64,000 nucleotides of DNA, taken from Macrostomum hystrix. Lineage: Eukaryota > Animalia > Platyhelminthes. A program made the translations under genes and the position numbers. Where the stretch lies: contig CATNEN010000039.1 in the NCBI GenBank assembly GCA_950097015.1, positions 18,538,001-18,602,000 on the forward strand, read 5' to 3'. The notes under the pieces were generated by a model, which had not been told where the DNA came from, searched no databases, and was given only the letters and a program-made list of their open reading frames with translations. How positions within the stretch are numbered: position 1 is the first letter of the stretch; the number at the start of each line of letters is the position of its first letter. Positions 1 through 12,647 of this stretch are shown one piece after another.

Positions 1-244
1 CATGCATGACAACCCCGAGGCAATTGCAGCAGCAAAATGACAATGCTACTTAATTACTGATGTAGTTAGTGAATAAGTTTCTATAAAGACTAGAACTGCT
101 TGTTTGAGCATAGAATAGCTAAAAATAATTGGATAACATAAAGCATACGTACGTAGATGTTTAGAGGGTTGACCAGGAAATGTTAAGAATTGTGGAAAAA
201 TTCGAGAACGGTGAGAGACAAGATGCAGGGTTTATAATGGAGCA

Positions 245-852
245 GAGATGAGACACGGGAGAGATGAGACACGGGAGAGATGAGACACTGGAGAGATGAG
301 ACACTGGAGAGATGAGACACTGGAGATATGAGATACGAGAGAGATGAGATACGAGAGAGATGAGACACCGGAGAGATGGGACACGGGAGAGACGAGACTC
401 GGGAGAGATGAGACACGGGAGAGATGAGACTCGGGAGAGATGAGACACGGGTGAGATGAGACTCGGGATAGAGATGAGACACGGGAGAGATGAGACACGG
501 GAGAGATGAGACTCGGGAGAGATGAGACACGGGTGAGATGAGACACGGGATAGAGATGAGACACGGGAGAGATGAGACACGGGAGAGATGAGACACGGGA
601 GGGATGAGACACTGGAGAGATGAGATACGAGAGAGATGAGACACGAGAGAGATGAGACACGGGAGAGATGAGACACCGGAGAGATGGGACACGGGAGAGA
701 CGAGACTCGGGAGAGATGAGACACGGGAGAGATGAGACTCGGGAGAGATGAGACACGGGTGAGATGAGACACGGGATAGAGATGAGACACGGGAGAGATG
801 AGACACGGGAGAGATGAGACACGGGAGGGATGAGACACGGGAGAGAGATGAG
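245..852. repeat. Minisatellite, 17-bp unit GAGAGATGAGACACGGG (TCF intron)
   Basis: Tandem units directly visible. Confidence 0.95.
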
Positions 853-993
853 ATTCAGTAACTTTAAGACCGACTTCCACTAATCAAATTTTTGCCTTTA
901 AAAACATGAATGCCGTATCATTTGAAGCTCTTAGATATCTTCAAGAAAATCGAAGCAATTTTGAGATATCAGCAGAGAGACTCAGAAACTCAC

Positions 994-3900
994 CTTCCGC
1001 CCCAAGATTTGGTTAATCGCAGCGGATTCCTTCAGTGTGCACTCGGCGACAACCTTGGATCGCATCTCCTTCATGAATAGCATGAAAGCGTTTAGCGGCT
1101 TCTTAACATGCTGCTGCTGCTGCTGCTGCTGCTGATGACTGTGGTGTGATTTGCGCGGCTTCGACTCGCTTGTGTTTGCGACGCCGTTCCCGCCGCCACC
1201 GCTGCTGACGCTACTGGGTAAACCAGCGACGTATCCAGCGGACATAAGACGCTGCTGATGCTGCTGCTGCTGTTGCTGATGATGCTGCTGCTGCTGCTGC
1301 TGTTGGTGGTGTTGATGCTGAATCTGGTGCGGCTGCACAATCTGTTCCTCTTTGATGCCTCCGACAATGTGACTTTCAGTCTGAGCCATGAGATGCTGGT
1401 CATAGTAGGCGTAGGGGAGATGCTGCTGCTGCTGCTGCTGCTGCTGATAGTGATGATGCAAAAGGCTTGGCGAGAAACGGCCTAACCCGGTGGCTGAAGA
1501 CGGTGGCGGTGGTGGCGGCGGCATGTGCTGTGGGTAGCCAGCGCACCTGCCAATCATCTGGGCCGATCCGTAGGCAGCTGTAGCTCCGCCGCCCCAGCCA
1601 GAAAAATCCGGATAAAAATGATGCTGCTGCTGCTGATGCTGCTGCTGCTGCTGAAGATGATGGGCGTGCAGTTGCTGATTGTGAATTCCGGCGAATTGTC
1701 CGCATCCGTGCGGTCCGGACGCGGAAACGGCGGCTGCGGCCGCGGCAGCCGCTGCGGCCGCAGCCGCCGCCGCAGCCGTGGCGTTGACGGCTGACATAGC
1801 CGAGGTTGAAGCTGACGAGATGCAGGCATCGCCGCTGTCGCCACTGCCATTCGGTGATGGCGTTCCACCGGCGGTATGATAGGAGGCCACCGAATGGTCT
1901 GTTAATAAACGATGAATTAAATATATTTTATTTAGGATAGGCGCATCTGAAGGCTGGGTACCGCTGTTCAGTCCATGGACTGGAAGGTCGGCACCAGCTA
2001 ATGCTGGAACCCATTTAACAGCTGGCTGAACTGAAGCAACGCAGATTCAGGTGTTCCAGTGGAATCGGGAATCGAACGCCCGACCTTACATTCACGAATC
2101 CGACGCTCACCCCCTATTGACAGAGCTCTAATTCTAACTCCAATGGCCATGAAATGAAAAATATATATTTCGAGATTAATTGACCCTCACATACAGTGAT
2201 TGCATGCATGCCGAGATAAATGGATTAGTCATTTCTTTCTCATTTTTAGGTGCTCTATGAATTCGTTGGCGGACAATAATCGTGTTAAAGGGTACGAAAG
2301 AAATTGGAAATTAAAGGATGGAGTCGGTGGACTGGGAGGGTTGAGGAATCCCTCATCTGTACCGCGCGCCGACAATTGAATTTCTCCTAAATCCTAAAAA
2401 TCTGAAGATCCCCAGCTTGAGTAAGTGGGGGTTGAAATCTGTCTCTCTCTCTCTCTCCGACCTTGCTGTTCTATCCAGTCGAACCCCACCCTTGGTTTCC
2501 CACTCACGTGCTCTAATCAGTCGTGAAAGTCTGTGTAGTTAATTCGGCCGTGAATTACGCAGAAATTAGGATATTAAGGTGTGTATGGGATTTGAAGGAT
2601 TTGAAGGATTTGACCTGGGCGCGGCGAAAGCCAAATCGATTCGACCATGTCCGGCATCTCTCTCTTTTTCTTGCTTTTACGCCGCGACTGTGTCTTTCAG
2701 GCTTTGAGCATGCGCAATGCTTCCTTCTATGGCACACATTCATACGGGATATATCTATATATATATATCCTCTTATTCACTCAGAAAGTCAAAAAGGTGA
2801 GAGGTTTTTGCTGATTGTTGTCCACGGCTGACTGATCATAGCTTATTACATCAGATCCCTGCAGAGCTGCAGACACGCATTTGACTTTTCCTTTCGCTTG
2901 GTGAATCATTTACGGCATGTAAATTATTTAAATGATCTTATTAAACCTGTATTATAGGAGGGCTGCGGGCAATGGCAAATCATTTGGTGACACTAGACCC
3001 GCAGCCAGCGAGGAGGCAATTTTGCCCATTTCGCTGACTCCTGAGCACACACGCACACAGATACCGAACGCAGGCACCCACTCACACAGGTGTGTACATC
3101 TGCCCTTTGATTGGCTACGAGGGCTGCGGGCAATCTCGTATACATCAAGATTATTTCCTAGTTGCTATTTTTAGAAATTCACTACTCGGGGAATCCATTT
3201 TTATCGATTTTCGTGTTTAAAATTAACAAATAAACCGAAATGATGCTTTTGATAGGCGGTGAAATATACAATAAAATTTATTCCTTGTGCAGTTAGCCTT
3301 CCTTCTTACTGCTCTCATTGTTTTTTCAAATTAAACGCATTTTCCGTCTCGTGTCGTCTGTTCCGGGCACGTGCATTTGCTAATGATGAAATCTTATCAG
3401 AACTATATATATAGATATTGATGCGAACAAGCTTATAATATGTGCCACATGCGCGCAACCTTCACAATCATTTTTTATATGAACGTTTCGATAACAATAA
3501 CGATACTTGTAAGAAAAAAAACTAATTCAATCTTAAGCTTTCAAATGATGGATTTTTTTTTAGATTTTTGCTCATAGCATATCGATATGAATTAAAAAGG
3601 CCTTTACATGCATGTCTGCTCAAATTACAGCATGCCACAAGCGTCTGTGTTCTTCACATTTTGTATTGAAGAAAAATTGTAATATGATGCTATATAGCAG
3701 GCTTTTCTTCGCTCGAAAATCTCTGGTCCTCTGAAACAATTGGGACTGCAGCTGGATGTTAGGAGTATAGGAGAGAGGAGAGAGAGACAAGGGTGAGAGA
3801 GGAGAGAGACAAAGGTGGGAGAGGAGAGAGACAAAGGTGGGAGAGGAGAGAGACAAGGATGCGAGTTGAGAGAGACAAGGGTGAGAGAGGAGAGAGACAA

Positions 3901-4844
3901 AGGTGGGAGAGGAGAGAGACAAGGATGAGAGTGGAGAGAGACAAGGGTGAGAGTGGAGAGAGACAAGGGTGAGAGTGGAGAGAGAGACAAGAGTGGGAGT
4001 GGAGAGAGACAAGGATGCGAGTTGAGAGAGACAAGGGTGAGAGTGGAGAGAGAGACAAGAGTGGGAGTGGAGAGAGACAAGGATGCGAGTTGAGAGAGAC
4101 AAGGGTGAGAGTGGAGAGAGACAAGGATGCGAGTTGAGAGAGACAAGGGTGAGAGTGGAGAGAGAGACAAGAGTGGGAGTGGAGAGAGACAAGGATGCGA
4201 GTTGAGAGAGAGACAAGGGTGAGAGTGGAGAGAGACATTGATGAGAGTGGAGAGAGACAAGGATGAGAGTTGAGAGAGACAACGGTGAGATAGGAGAGAG
4301 AGAGAAAGGGTGAGAGTTGAGAGAGACAAGGGTGAGAGTTGAGAGAGACAAGGGTGAGATAGGAGGGAGAGACAAGGGTGAGAGTGGAGAGAGACAAGGG
4401 TGAGATAGGAGGGAGAGACAAGGGTGAGAGTGGAGAGAGACAAGGGTGAGATAGGAGGGAGAGACAAGGGTGAGAGTGGAGAGAGACAAGGGTGAGATAG
4501 GAGGGAGAGACAAGGGTGAGAGTTGAGAGAGACAAGGGTGAGATAGGAGGGAGAGACAAGGGTGAGAGTGGAGAGAGACAAGGGTGAGATAGGAGGGAGA
4601 GACAAGGGTGAGAGTGGAGAGTAACGGCTGTTGCGATAGAAGAGGATGTGAAGAATTGGAATTTAATTTAGTGAGTGGGAAAGCTAGTTATGTTATTAAA
4701 TTTATTCACAGAACATATAATTAACTGCACAACTTAATAGAAATGCATGCATGGCTTGGATAGCATTTAAAACAGAGTTATAACTTATCGCTTTTTTCAG
4801 AAATATCACAAATAGAAACAAACTCACCGTTTTGCAGATCCTGA

Positions 4845-4880
<36 letters not shown>

Positions 4881-4903
4881 AGTTGACTTTCATAGTCTGA
4901 CAT
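994..4903 (-). CDS. TCF: TCF/LEF (pangolin-like) HMG-box transcription factor, 5' part; continues beyond the window start
   Basis: Exon 4828-4903 (MSDYESQL-Q11-YQDLQN, donor G|GTGAGT) splices in phase 1 to exon 994-1898 (acceptor TTAACAG). That exon ends in [39 protein letters not shown]|GTGAG, the TCF-class HMG box with the family-typical intron after ILGRK. The identity of the first exon is less certain than the HMG exon. Confidence 0.92.
1940..2115 (-). mobile_element. SINE family B copy (tRNA-derived, CORE-like), partial
   Basis: Reverse complement matches 22662-22960 (GGTTCGATTCCCGA, CAGCTGTTAAATGGGT, AGTCCATGGACTGAACAG, GCCTTCAGATGCGCC). Confidence 0.8.
2953..3135 (-). mobile_element. 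SINE family A, 3' fragment
   Basis: Matches 23200-23350 and the reverse complement of 30830-30980 (GGAGGGCTGCGGGCAATGGCA...GACCCGCAGCCAGCGAGGAGGCAAT). Confidence 0.85.
3770..4622. repeat. Purine-rich minisatellite, ~22-bp unit GAGAGAGACAAGGGTGAGAGTG
   Basis: Tandem units visible; lies in the TCF intron. Confidence 0.95.
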
Positions 4904-5974
4904 GGCTTTAAACGCTTTTTATTTCCTTTTGGTAACTTTCCACAAGGGGCTCGCTCGGCAATAGGGGGTGGGATAAGGGGGAGGAGGTTGAGGACCTTTC
5001 TTTTCTTCCTTTTGTGAAATTTGATTACGCCCGTTTGATCTGGCACACACAGGGGGGTTCTCTCACACAAAACTGCACCTTCCGTTCTCCTCTCTGTGTG
5101 TGTAGCTTTGGTTACAAAGGCCCAGAATATCGAACCTTTGTCTTAGGGTTGGGAATAGCGCTGCTTCTGTCTTCTCAAAAGATAAAAGTCAGAGAAAATG
5201 AACAAAAAAAGAGAGACACAGAGGAGGCACACACACAGAAGGAAAATTATCTTTTACATCAAAGCCATAAAGAGGATCTTAGCGGCCCCCTGCCAACCCC
5301 AACCCCGACATGCGGCTGCGAATTGCCGACTGGCAGTTCAGATCCGGCTTAGTCGATTCTCATTGGGCGCCAAGGGTTCTGTTTAGTTTCTAGCCGGCTT
5401 CCGATTGGCTGGCGCATGGAATTAGGATTTCAATCAACTGGAGAAGAAAGAGGCAAGAGTTTAGCCCTGAAGAAACAAATCTGTGCTACACTTGAGTCCA
5501 GCAACTTCGGCAAAGTATCAACCTTTGTCACTCTCTTTTGTGAATCTTTTTTCCTTCTTCTCTTTGTAGTCATCTGGGATTGAAAGTCGTAGTCAAAGTC
5601 AAAGGAAAATTTCTCATTCTAGGCTATTGCAGCTATTTGCTCAATTGGACTTATTAAGTTGGCCCGCATTGAGCTAGCAAAAGACGAAGAAGAACTTAAA
5701 AAAAGCAAAACTGAAACCAGCTTATAATCGACTAAAATAGTACGCATATGAAAGCTTTTATTCCAGGAAAACCACTTTTTATTTCTAGAAAACTCGATTA
5801 TAGGAATTTCGATTCCAGGAAACCGTTTTTTTTTATTAGAAAGTTGGATTCTATAAATACCGATTCCTGGAAGGACGAATGGATGTAGGGAATAATTAAT
5901 GAAACCAGAAGAAAACATATCTTTTTCCAGGAAACTTTTTTTCTGTGCAGCTATTTTTTTTCAGGAAAATACAG

Positions 5975-6375
5975 GTAGAAGATCTTCCCTAAGAAAATAG
6001 ATGATCTTCCCAAAAAAATGGAAGATCTTCCCAAGAAAATGGAAGATCTTCCCAAGAAAATAGAAGATTTCTTCAGGAGAAGAGAAATCAAAAGGAAACA
6101 AAGGAGAGTTTGAGTATGGATTAAGAAGTTACAGGGTAGATTGGGATCTTTCAGGGTAGCTTAGAAAGTTCCTAGGTAGGTTAGGGAGTTCCGGGGTAGA
6201 TTGGGATGTTCCAGGGTAGATTGGGATGTTCCGGGGTAGATTGGGATGTTCCTGAGTAGATTGGGATGTTCCAGGGCAGATTGGGATGTTCCAGGGTAGA
6301 TTGGGATGTTCCGGGGTAGATTGGTGTGTTCCAGGGTAGATTGGGATGTTCCGGTGTAGATTGGGAAGTTTCTGG
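5975..6375. repeat. Two short 20-bp minisatellites (GAAGATCTTCCCAAGAAAAT; GGTAGATTGGGATGTTCCAG)
   Basis: Tandem units at 5975-6075 and 6135-6375. Confidence 0.85.
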
Positions 6376-6934
6376 AAGTCAAGTTGCCAAATTGGAACTG
6401 TTATTTGGGATTGAGGATTTTAAAACGACATGCAATGTCCATGCTAGACCCATGAGAGTCTGAGGATCTAGTCAGTCACAATGGGATTAATTAACAGCAA
6501 ATTGCAATCCAAATAATTATCGATCAGAAGACCTGCATTTTGCATTGGGCAAACAAAGCACCCAAGAAATTCAATGCCAATCTGCCTGCCAAAAACAGAA
6601 AAAGCTTGAATGAAAGAAAGACAAAGAAACTGTTCGTTGAGGGGATGCATTGAGCATTGGCAGAGTATACTCACAAAGATTTGAGTGACTTGCGATATGC
6701 GGCAAAGGAATCGAAGTTGAGCAGCGACTCAAGATGCCCATGATGCATGCCATTCACTAACCCGCTGGCGAAACTCAATCCATCTGGGGTTAGGCCACGT
6801 GTAAACATCCAAAATTTGGCCAATACTGCAGTAATGTGCGCGCCACAGCTTATACCTGTATATAGTTGTCAATATTTGTAATACACCTCTCTAGTCTTCT
6901 GGTCTTGTATACGTAGCGGTATTCTGAATTCAAA

Positions 6935-7478
6935 TTATCCCATTTTGTGATTTCAAATCCCATTTTGGGACTTCAAATCCCATTTTGGGACTTCAAATCC
7001 CATTTTGGGACTTCAAATCCCATTTTGTGACTTCAAATCCCATTTTGTGACTTCAAATCCCATTTTGTGACTTCAAATCCCATTTTGGGACTTCAAATCC
7101 CATTTCCTGATTTAAAATCCCATATCCTAATTTCAAATCCCATTTTGGGACTTCAAATCCCATTTTGTGACTTCAAATCCCATTATGAATTCTAAATTAT
7201 ATTTATCAAAACTTTTAAATATCAGAACTGTTAGATATCGGAACTGTTAGATATCGGAACTGTTAGATATCGGAACTGTTAGATATCAGAACTGTTAGAT
7301 ATCAGAACTGTTAGATATCAGAACTGTTAGATATCAGAACTGTTAGATATCAGAACTGTTAGATATCAGAACTGTTAGATATCAGAACTGTTAGATATCA
7401 GAACTGTTAGATATCAGAACTGTTAGATATCAGAACTGTTAGATATCGGAACTGTTAGATATCTAAACTGTTAGATGT
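6935..7478. repeat. Adjacent minisatellites: 20-bp CCCATTTTGGGACTTCAAAT and 16-bp GAACTGTTAGATATCA
   Basis: Tandem units at 6935-7185 and 7220-7478. Confidence 0.93.
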
Positions 7479-8204
7479 AGACATAATTTTTCGCTTGAAC
7501 GAGCGGACACCAGAGCCAAGAAACGTCAATAATTGATTGATTTGTTGGCAAAATCGTGAGTCTTGCCTGCTGAATTTTCATGCCTTTTATCGATCTGTGA
7601 CCGAGTGATCCTGGCACGGGCCTAACACCTGTTTACGGACCATTGCCTATCCTAATCTTCTACCGCTGTGATTTTCTCACCATCCTTCAGCATCCAACAC
7701 ACACTCATGCACACACACTGTTGGGCATAAAAGGGGATTATTGGGGATAAGCGAAGCAAAACAGTGTACAAAGAAAATGGAAAGCTGTTCTCAGCTTTTA
7801 ATCTGGAGATTGACTCTCTGCCTGTGTCTCGTGTGTTGTTTTTGCTTGATTGAAAACCGTAAGCTGACCACTCACTAAAGGCGGACAAGATTAACACGAA
7901 GAGGATATATATATATAGGAAATGGGAGAATTATCCCCAACCGACCTTGTCAAGCGATTTAGGATTTATAGGCACTCTGAAACAGTGAAGAAATGGGATT
8001 TTGGTCCCCATCCGAATCCTGTCACCTGATGCTGCCAACTGCCGCCAAACGCATGCTGCAAGTGTATTGTGGATAGAAATTGACGTTTTCTTAAAAAAAA
8101 ATCCCTCGCGTTAAAGTTAGGCATAACATATAGGATGAAAGGGAAAACGAGGGATCTAAAGAGAGGAGCGGAGGATGGGCCCGCTCGCCTTTATCCCATC
8201 ATAC

Positions 8205-8401
8205 GACTCAGTGATCATCTTTGCGTGCTGGCAATGTTACACGGACTCCGTGCTCAGGGTCAGGCAGCCACTGTATACTCTCCTCTCGCTTTCTCTCGAC
8301 ATTCACAGTCGTCAGTCGAACTGTCCCTGACCGAAAGCGGTCTGCCCAGTTTTGGCCATAGACAGACCGCCCATAGCTATCTTGACCAGCTCCGGATTGC
8401 C
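8205..8401 (-). other. Candidate non-coding structured exon
   Basis: Minus-strand acceptor TAATTACAG| at 8402 and donor-like |GTATGA at 8204. All three frames contain stops. Several complementary stems. Confidence 0.35.
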
Positions 8402-8794
8402 CTGTAATTAACTTTAACTGAGTCTAATATTAAAGGGATAAATTTTTGCATATACCTATAGGAGAAATTTCAGTTTGGTTTATTAGGATCATTGACGCGT
8501 GCAACTGTAGGAGGACAGTGATTGGGTCATTGTCACGCGCACTAGCTCACGCATCACTTGTCCAACCCATGGATACTGGCCGAGTAAATAAGGAGGAATG
8601 CAATTGACAAAGGTTCCATTGCGTGCTGGGTCGTCTTATTGCCCACCTTATTAAACAAAAAATAAGAAAACAACAAATTATCGCTTCTTTTGCGACGGGA
8701 GTTCCGCGTTTCCATGAAAGAAATTATAAGTCGAACGTTAAAACAATTAAGAAAGCTAACAAAGTTGAGCCAATGAATTTGTAGAAGCCACACA

Positions 8795-11013
8795 TCAGAC
8801 ACAATTCCTGATCCTCATGGGTTGATCAGACACAATCCCTGATCCTCATGGGTTAATCAGACACAATCCCTGATCCTCATGGGTTAATCCCTGATCCTCA
8901 TGGGTTAATCAGACACAATCCCTGATCCTCATGGGTTAATCAGACACAATCCCTGATCCTCATGGGTTAATTCCTGATCCTCATGGGTTGATCAGACACA
9001 ATCCCTGATCCTCATGGGTTGATCAGACACAATCCCTGATCCTCATGGGTTGATCAGACACAATCCCTGATCCTCATGGGTTGATCAGACACAATCCCTG
9101 ATCCTCATGGGTTAATCAGACACAATCCCTGATCCTCATGGGTTGATCAGACACAATCCCTGATCCTCATGGGTTGATCAGACACAATCCCTGATCCTCA
9201 TGGGTTGATCAGACACAATCCCTGATCCTCAAGTTGCTGAGACACAATCCCTGATCCTCATGGGTTAATCAGACACAATCCCTGATCCTCATGGGTTGAT
9301 CAGACACAATCCCTGATCCTCATGGGTTAATCAGACACAATCCCTGATCCTCATGGGTTAATCCCTGATCCTCATGGGTTGATCAGACACAATCCCTCAT
9401 CCTCAAGTTGCTGAGACACCACCCCTGATCCTCATGGGTTGATCAGACACAATCCCTGATCCTCATGGGTTAATCAGACACAATCCCTGATCCTCATGGG
9501 TTAATCAGGCACAATCCCTGATCCTCATGGGTTGATCAGACACAATCCCTGATCCTCATGGGTTAATCAGACACAATCCCTGATCCTCATGGGTTAATCC
9601 CTGATCCTCATGGGTTGATCAGACACAATCCCTGATCCTCAAGTTGCTGAGACACCATCCCTGATCCTCATGGGTTAATCAGACACAATCCCTGATCCTC
9701 ATGGGTAAATCCCTGATCCTCAAGTTGCTGAGGCACCCTCCCTGATCCTCAAGTTGCTGAGACACCCTCCCTGATCCTCAAGTTGCTGAGACACCCTCCC
9801 TGATCCTCAAGTTGGTGAGACACCCTCCCTGATCCTCAAGTTGCTGAGACACCATCCCTGATCCTCAAGTTGCTGAGACACCATCCCTGATCCTCAAGTT
9901 GCTGAGACACCCTCCCTGATCCTCAAGTTGCTGAGACACCCTCCCTGATCCTCAAGTTGCTGAGACACCCTCCCTGATCCTCAAGTTGGTGAGACACCCT
10001 CCCTGATCCTCAAGTTGGTGAGACACCCTCCCTGATCCTCAAGTTGGTGAGACACCCTCCCTGATCCTCAAGTTGCTGAGACACCCTCCCTGATCCTCAA
10101 GTTGGTGAGACACCCTCCCTGATCCTCAAGTTGCTGAGACACCCTCCCTGATCCTCAAGTTGGTGAGACACCCTCCCTGATCCTCAAGTTGGTGAGACAC
10201 CCTCCCTGATCCTCAAGTTGCTGAGACACCCTCCCTGATCCTCAAGTTGCTGAGACACCCTCCCTGATCCTCAAGTTGCTGAGACACCCTCCCTGATCCT
10301 CAAGTTGCTGAGACACCCTCCCTGATCCTCAAGTTGCTGAGACACCATCCCTGATCCTCAAGTTGCTGAGACACCATCCCTGATCCTCAAGTTGCTGAGA
10401 CACCCTCCCTGATCCTCAAGTTGCTGAGACACCCTCCCTGATCCTCAAGTTGCTGAGACACCATCCCTGATCCTCAAGTTGCTGAGACACCCTCCCTGAT
10501 CCTCAAGTTGCTGAGACACCATCCCTGATCCTCAAGTTGGTGAGACACCCTCCCTGATCCTCAAGTTGCTGAGACACCCTCCCTGATCCTCAAGATGCTG
10601 AGACACCATCCCTCATCCTCAAGTTGTTGAGTCACCCTCCCTGATCCTCAAGTTGGTGAGACACCCTCCCTGATCCTCAAGTTGGTGAGACACCCTCCCT
10701 GATCCTCAAGTTGGTGAGACACCCTCCCTGATCCTCAAGTTGGTGAGACACCCTCCCTGATCCTCAAGTTGCTGAGACACCCTCCCTGATCCTCAAGTTG
10801 GTGAGACACCCTCCCTGATCCTCAAGTTGGTGAGACACCCTCCCTGATCCTCAAGTTGCTGAGACACCCTCCCTGATCCTCAAGTTGGTGAGACACCCTC
10901 CCTGATCCTCAAGTTGCTGAGACACCCTCCCTGATCCTCAAGTTGCTGAGACACCCTCCCTGATCCTCAAGTTGCTGAGACACCCTCCCTGATCCTCAAG
11001 TTGCTGAGACACC
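8795..11013 (+). repeat. Minisatellite: 31-bp CAGACACAATCCCTGATCCTCATGGGTTGAT grading into 29-bp GAGACACCCTCCCTGATCCTCAAGTTGCT
   Basis: Tandem units visible; unit type switches near 9700. Confidence 0.97.
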
Positions 11014-11093
11014 TAGACATGTAGGAGAGACAAGCATAATTTAGTTACGCTAGCTGTATTTACAAAGTAGTTAAATGAAATGGGTACACGCAC

Positions 11094-11334
11094 CTGGGTC
11101 GCGGTGAGTAGCGATTATGAAATTAAGTCAGAGTCTACATAGCTGTTGTATTTTCCCAAGAATATCTTGGGCATCGAATTTTCCCTTAGGGGTGTTTCTT
11201 ACAGACTGCAGTCCCAGTTTTCGGAAACTGCTCTCTCTCATCCCATACTGATCTCAACGAATAGGTGGCACACGATTTCGACAGCACCTGCTATAGAGAG
11301 CCGGTGCCTTTCTCTCTGTTGACTTTGAAGAAGC
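11094..11334 (-). other. Candidate non-coding exon between inverted arrays
   Basis: Strong minus-strand donor CAG|GTGCGT at 11093. Possible acceptor TTTATTAG| near 11335, so the upper boundary is uncertain. Confidence 0.3.
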
Positions 11335-11517
11335 TAATAAAGTAGCGAACCATTTTGAGTCCTTGCATATAGCTTCAACTCATTGTATCCAACCCAGTGA
11401 CAAAAGTTAGGGCTAAACATGCTTTAATCCCCATGAGAAAATTGTGGGAGATCTGCCTAAACTCAGCTTACTCTTGATCTTGATGCTATTAGGAGGGGTA
11501 AATACGAGAATTAGTTA

Positions 11518-12625
11518 AGGTGTCTGATCAACCTAATCAGGTGTCTGATCAACCCCATCAGGTGTCTGATCAACCCAATCAGTGTGTCTGATCAACCTAA
11601 TCAGGTGTCTGATCAACCTAATCAGGTGTCTGATCAACCCCATCAGGTGTCTGATCAACCCAATCAGGTGTCTGATCAACCCAATCAGTGTGTCTCAACA
11701 ACCCATGAGGATCAGGGATTGTGTCTGATCAACCCATGAGGATCAGGGATTGTGTCTGATCAACCCATGAGGATCAGGGATTGTGTCTGATCAACCCATG
11801 AGGATCAGGGATTGTGTCTGATCAACCCATTAGGATTAGGGATTGTGTCTGATCAACCCATGAGGATTAGGGATTGTGTCTGATCAGCCCATGAGGATCA
11901 GGGATTGTGTCTGATCAGCCCATGAGGATCAGGGATTGTGTCTGATCAGCCCATGAGGATCAGGGATTGTGTCTGATAAGCCCATGAGGATCAGGGATTG
12001 TGTCTGATTAACCCATGAGGATCAGGGATTGTGTCTGATCAACCCATGAGGATCAGGGAGTGGCTGATCAACCCATTAGGATCAGGGATTGTGTCTGATC
12101 AACCCATGAGGATCAGGGAGTGGCTGATCAACCCATTAGGATCAGGGAGTGGCTGATCAACCCATGAGGATCAGGGATTGTCTGATCAACCCATGAGGAT
12201 CAGGGAGTGTCTGATCAACCCATTAGGATCAGGGATTGTGTCTGATTAACCCATGAGGATCAGGGATTGTGTCTCAGCAACTTGAGGATCAGGGATTGTG
12301 TCTGATCAACCCATGAGGATCAGGGATTGTGTATGATCAACCCATGAGGATCAGGGATTGTGTCTGATCAACCCATGAGGATCAGGGATTGTGTCTGATC
12401 AGCCCATGAGGATCAGGGAGTGGCTGATCAACCCATTAGGATCAGGGATTGTGTCTGATCAACCCATGAGGATCAGGGATTGTGTCTGATCAGCCCATGA
12501 GGATCAGGGATTGTGTCTGATCAACCCATGAGGATCAGGGAGTGGCTGATCAGCCCATGAGGATCAGGGATTGTGTCTGATCAGCCCATGAGGATCAGGG
12601 ATTGTGTCTGATCAACCCATGAGGT
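11518..12625 (-). repeat. Minisatellite in inverted orientation relative to 8795-9700 (31-bp unit), preceded by a 21-bp variant
   Basis: GTGTCTGATCAACCCATGAGGATCAGGGATT is the reverse complement of the 8795 unit. One 29-bp-type variant (CTCAGCAACTTGAGG) sits at ~12273. Confidence 0.96.
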
Positions 12626-12647
12626 TTTAGGAAAAGTCCCACTAAAC

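Noticed and set aside
161-880. Long repetitive ORFs (also 3620-4605, 13402-14043, 17767-18918, 21322-21995, 26360-26950, 27279-27680, 28189-29332, 41010-41722, 49326-50446, 56050-56722)
   Set aside because: They are translations of tandem repeats, open in several frames or strands, and many lie inside introns of genes whose exons splice around them.
8795-12625. CRISPR-like appearance of ~30-bp partly palindromic repeats
   Set aside because: Units are head to tail with no unique spacers, there are no cas genes, and the context is eukaryotic.
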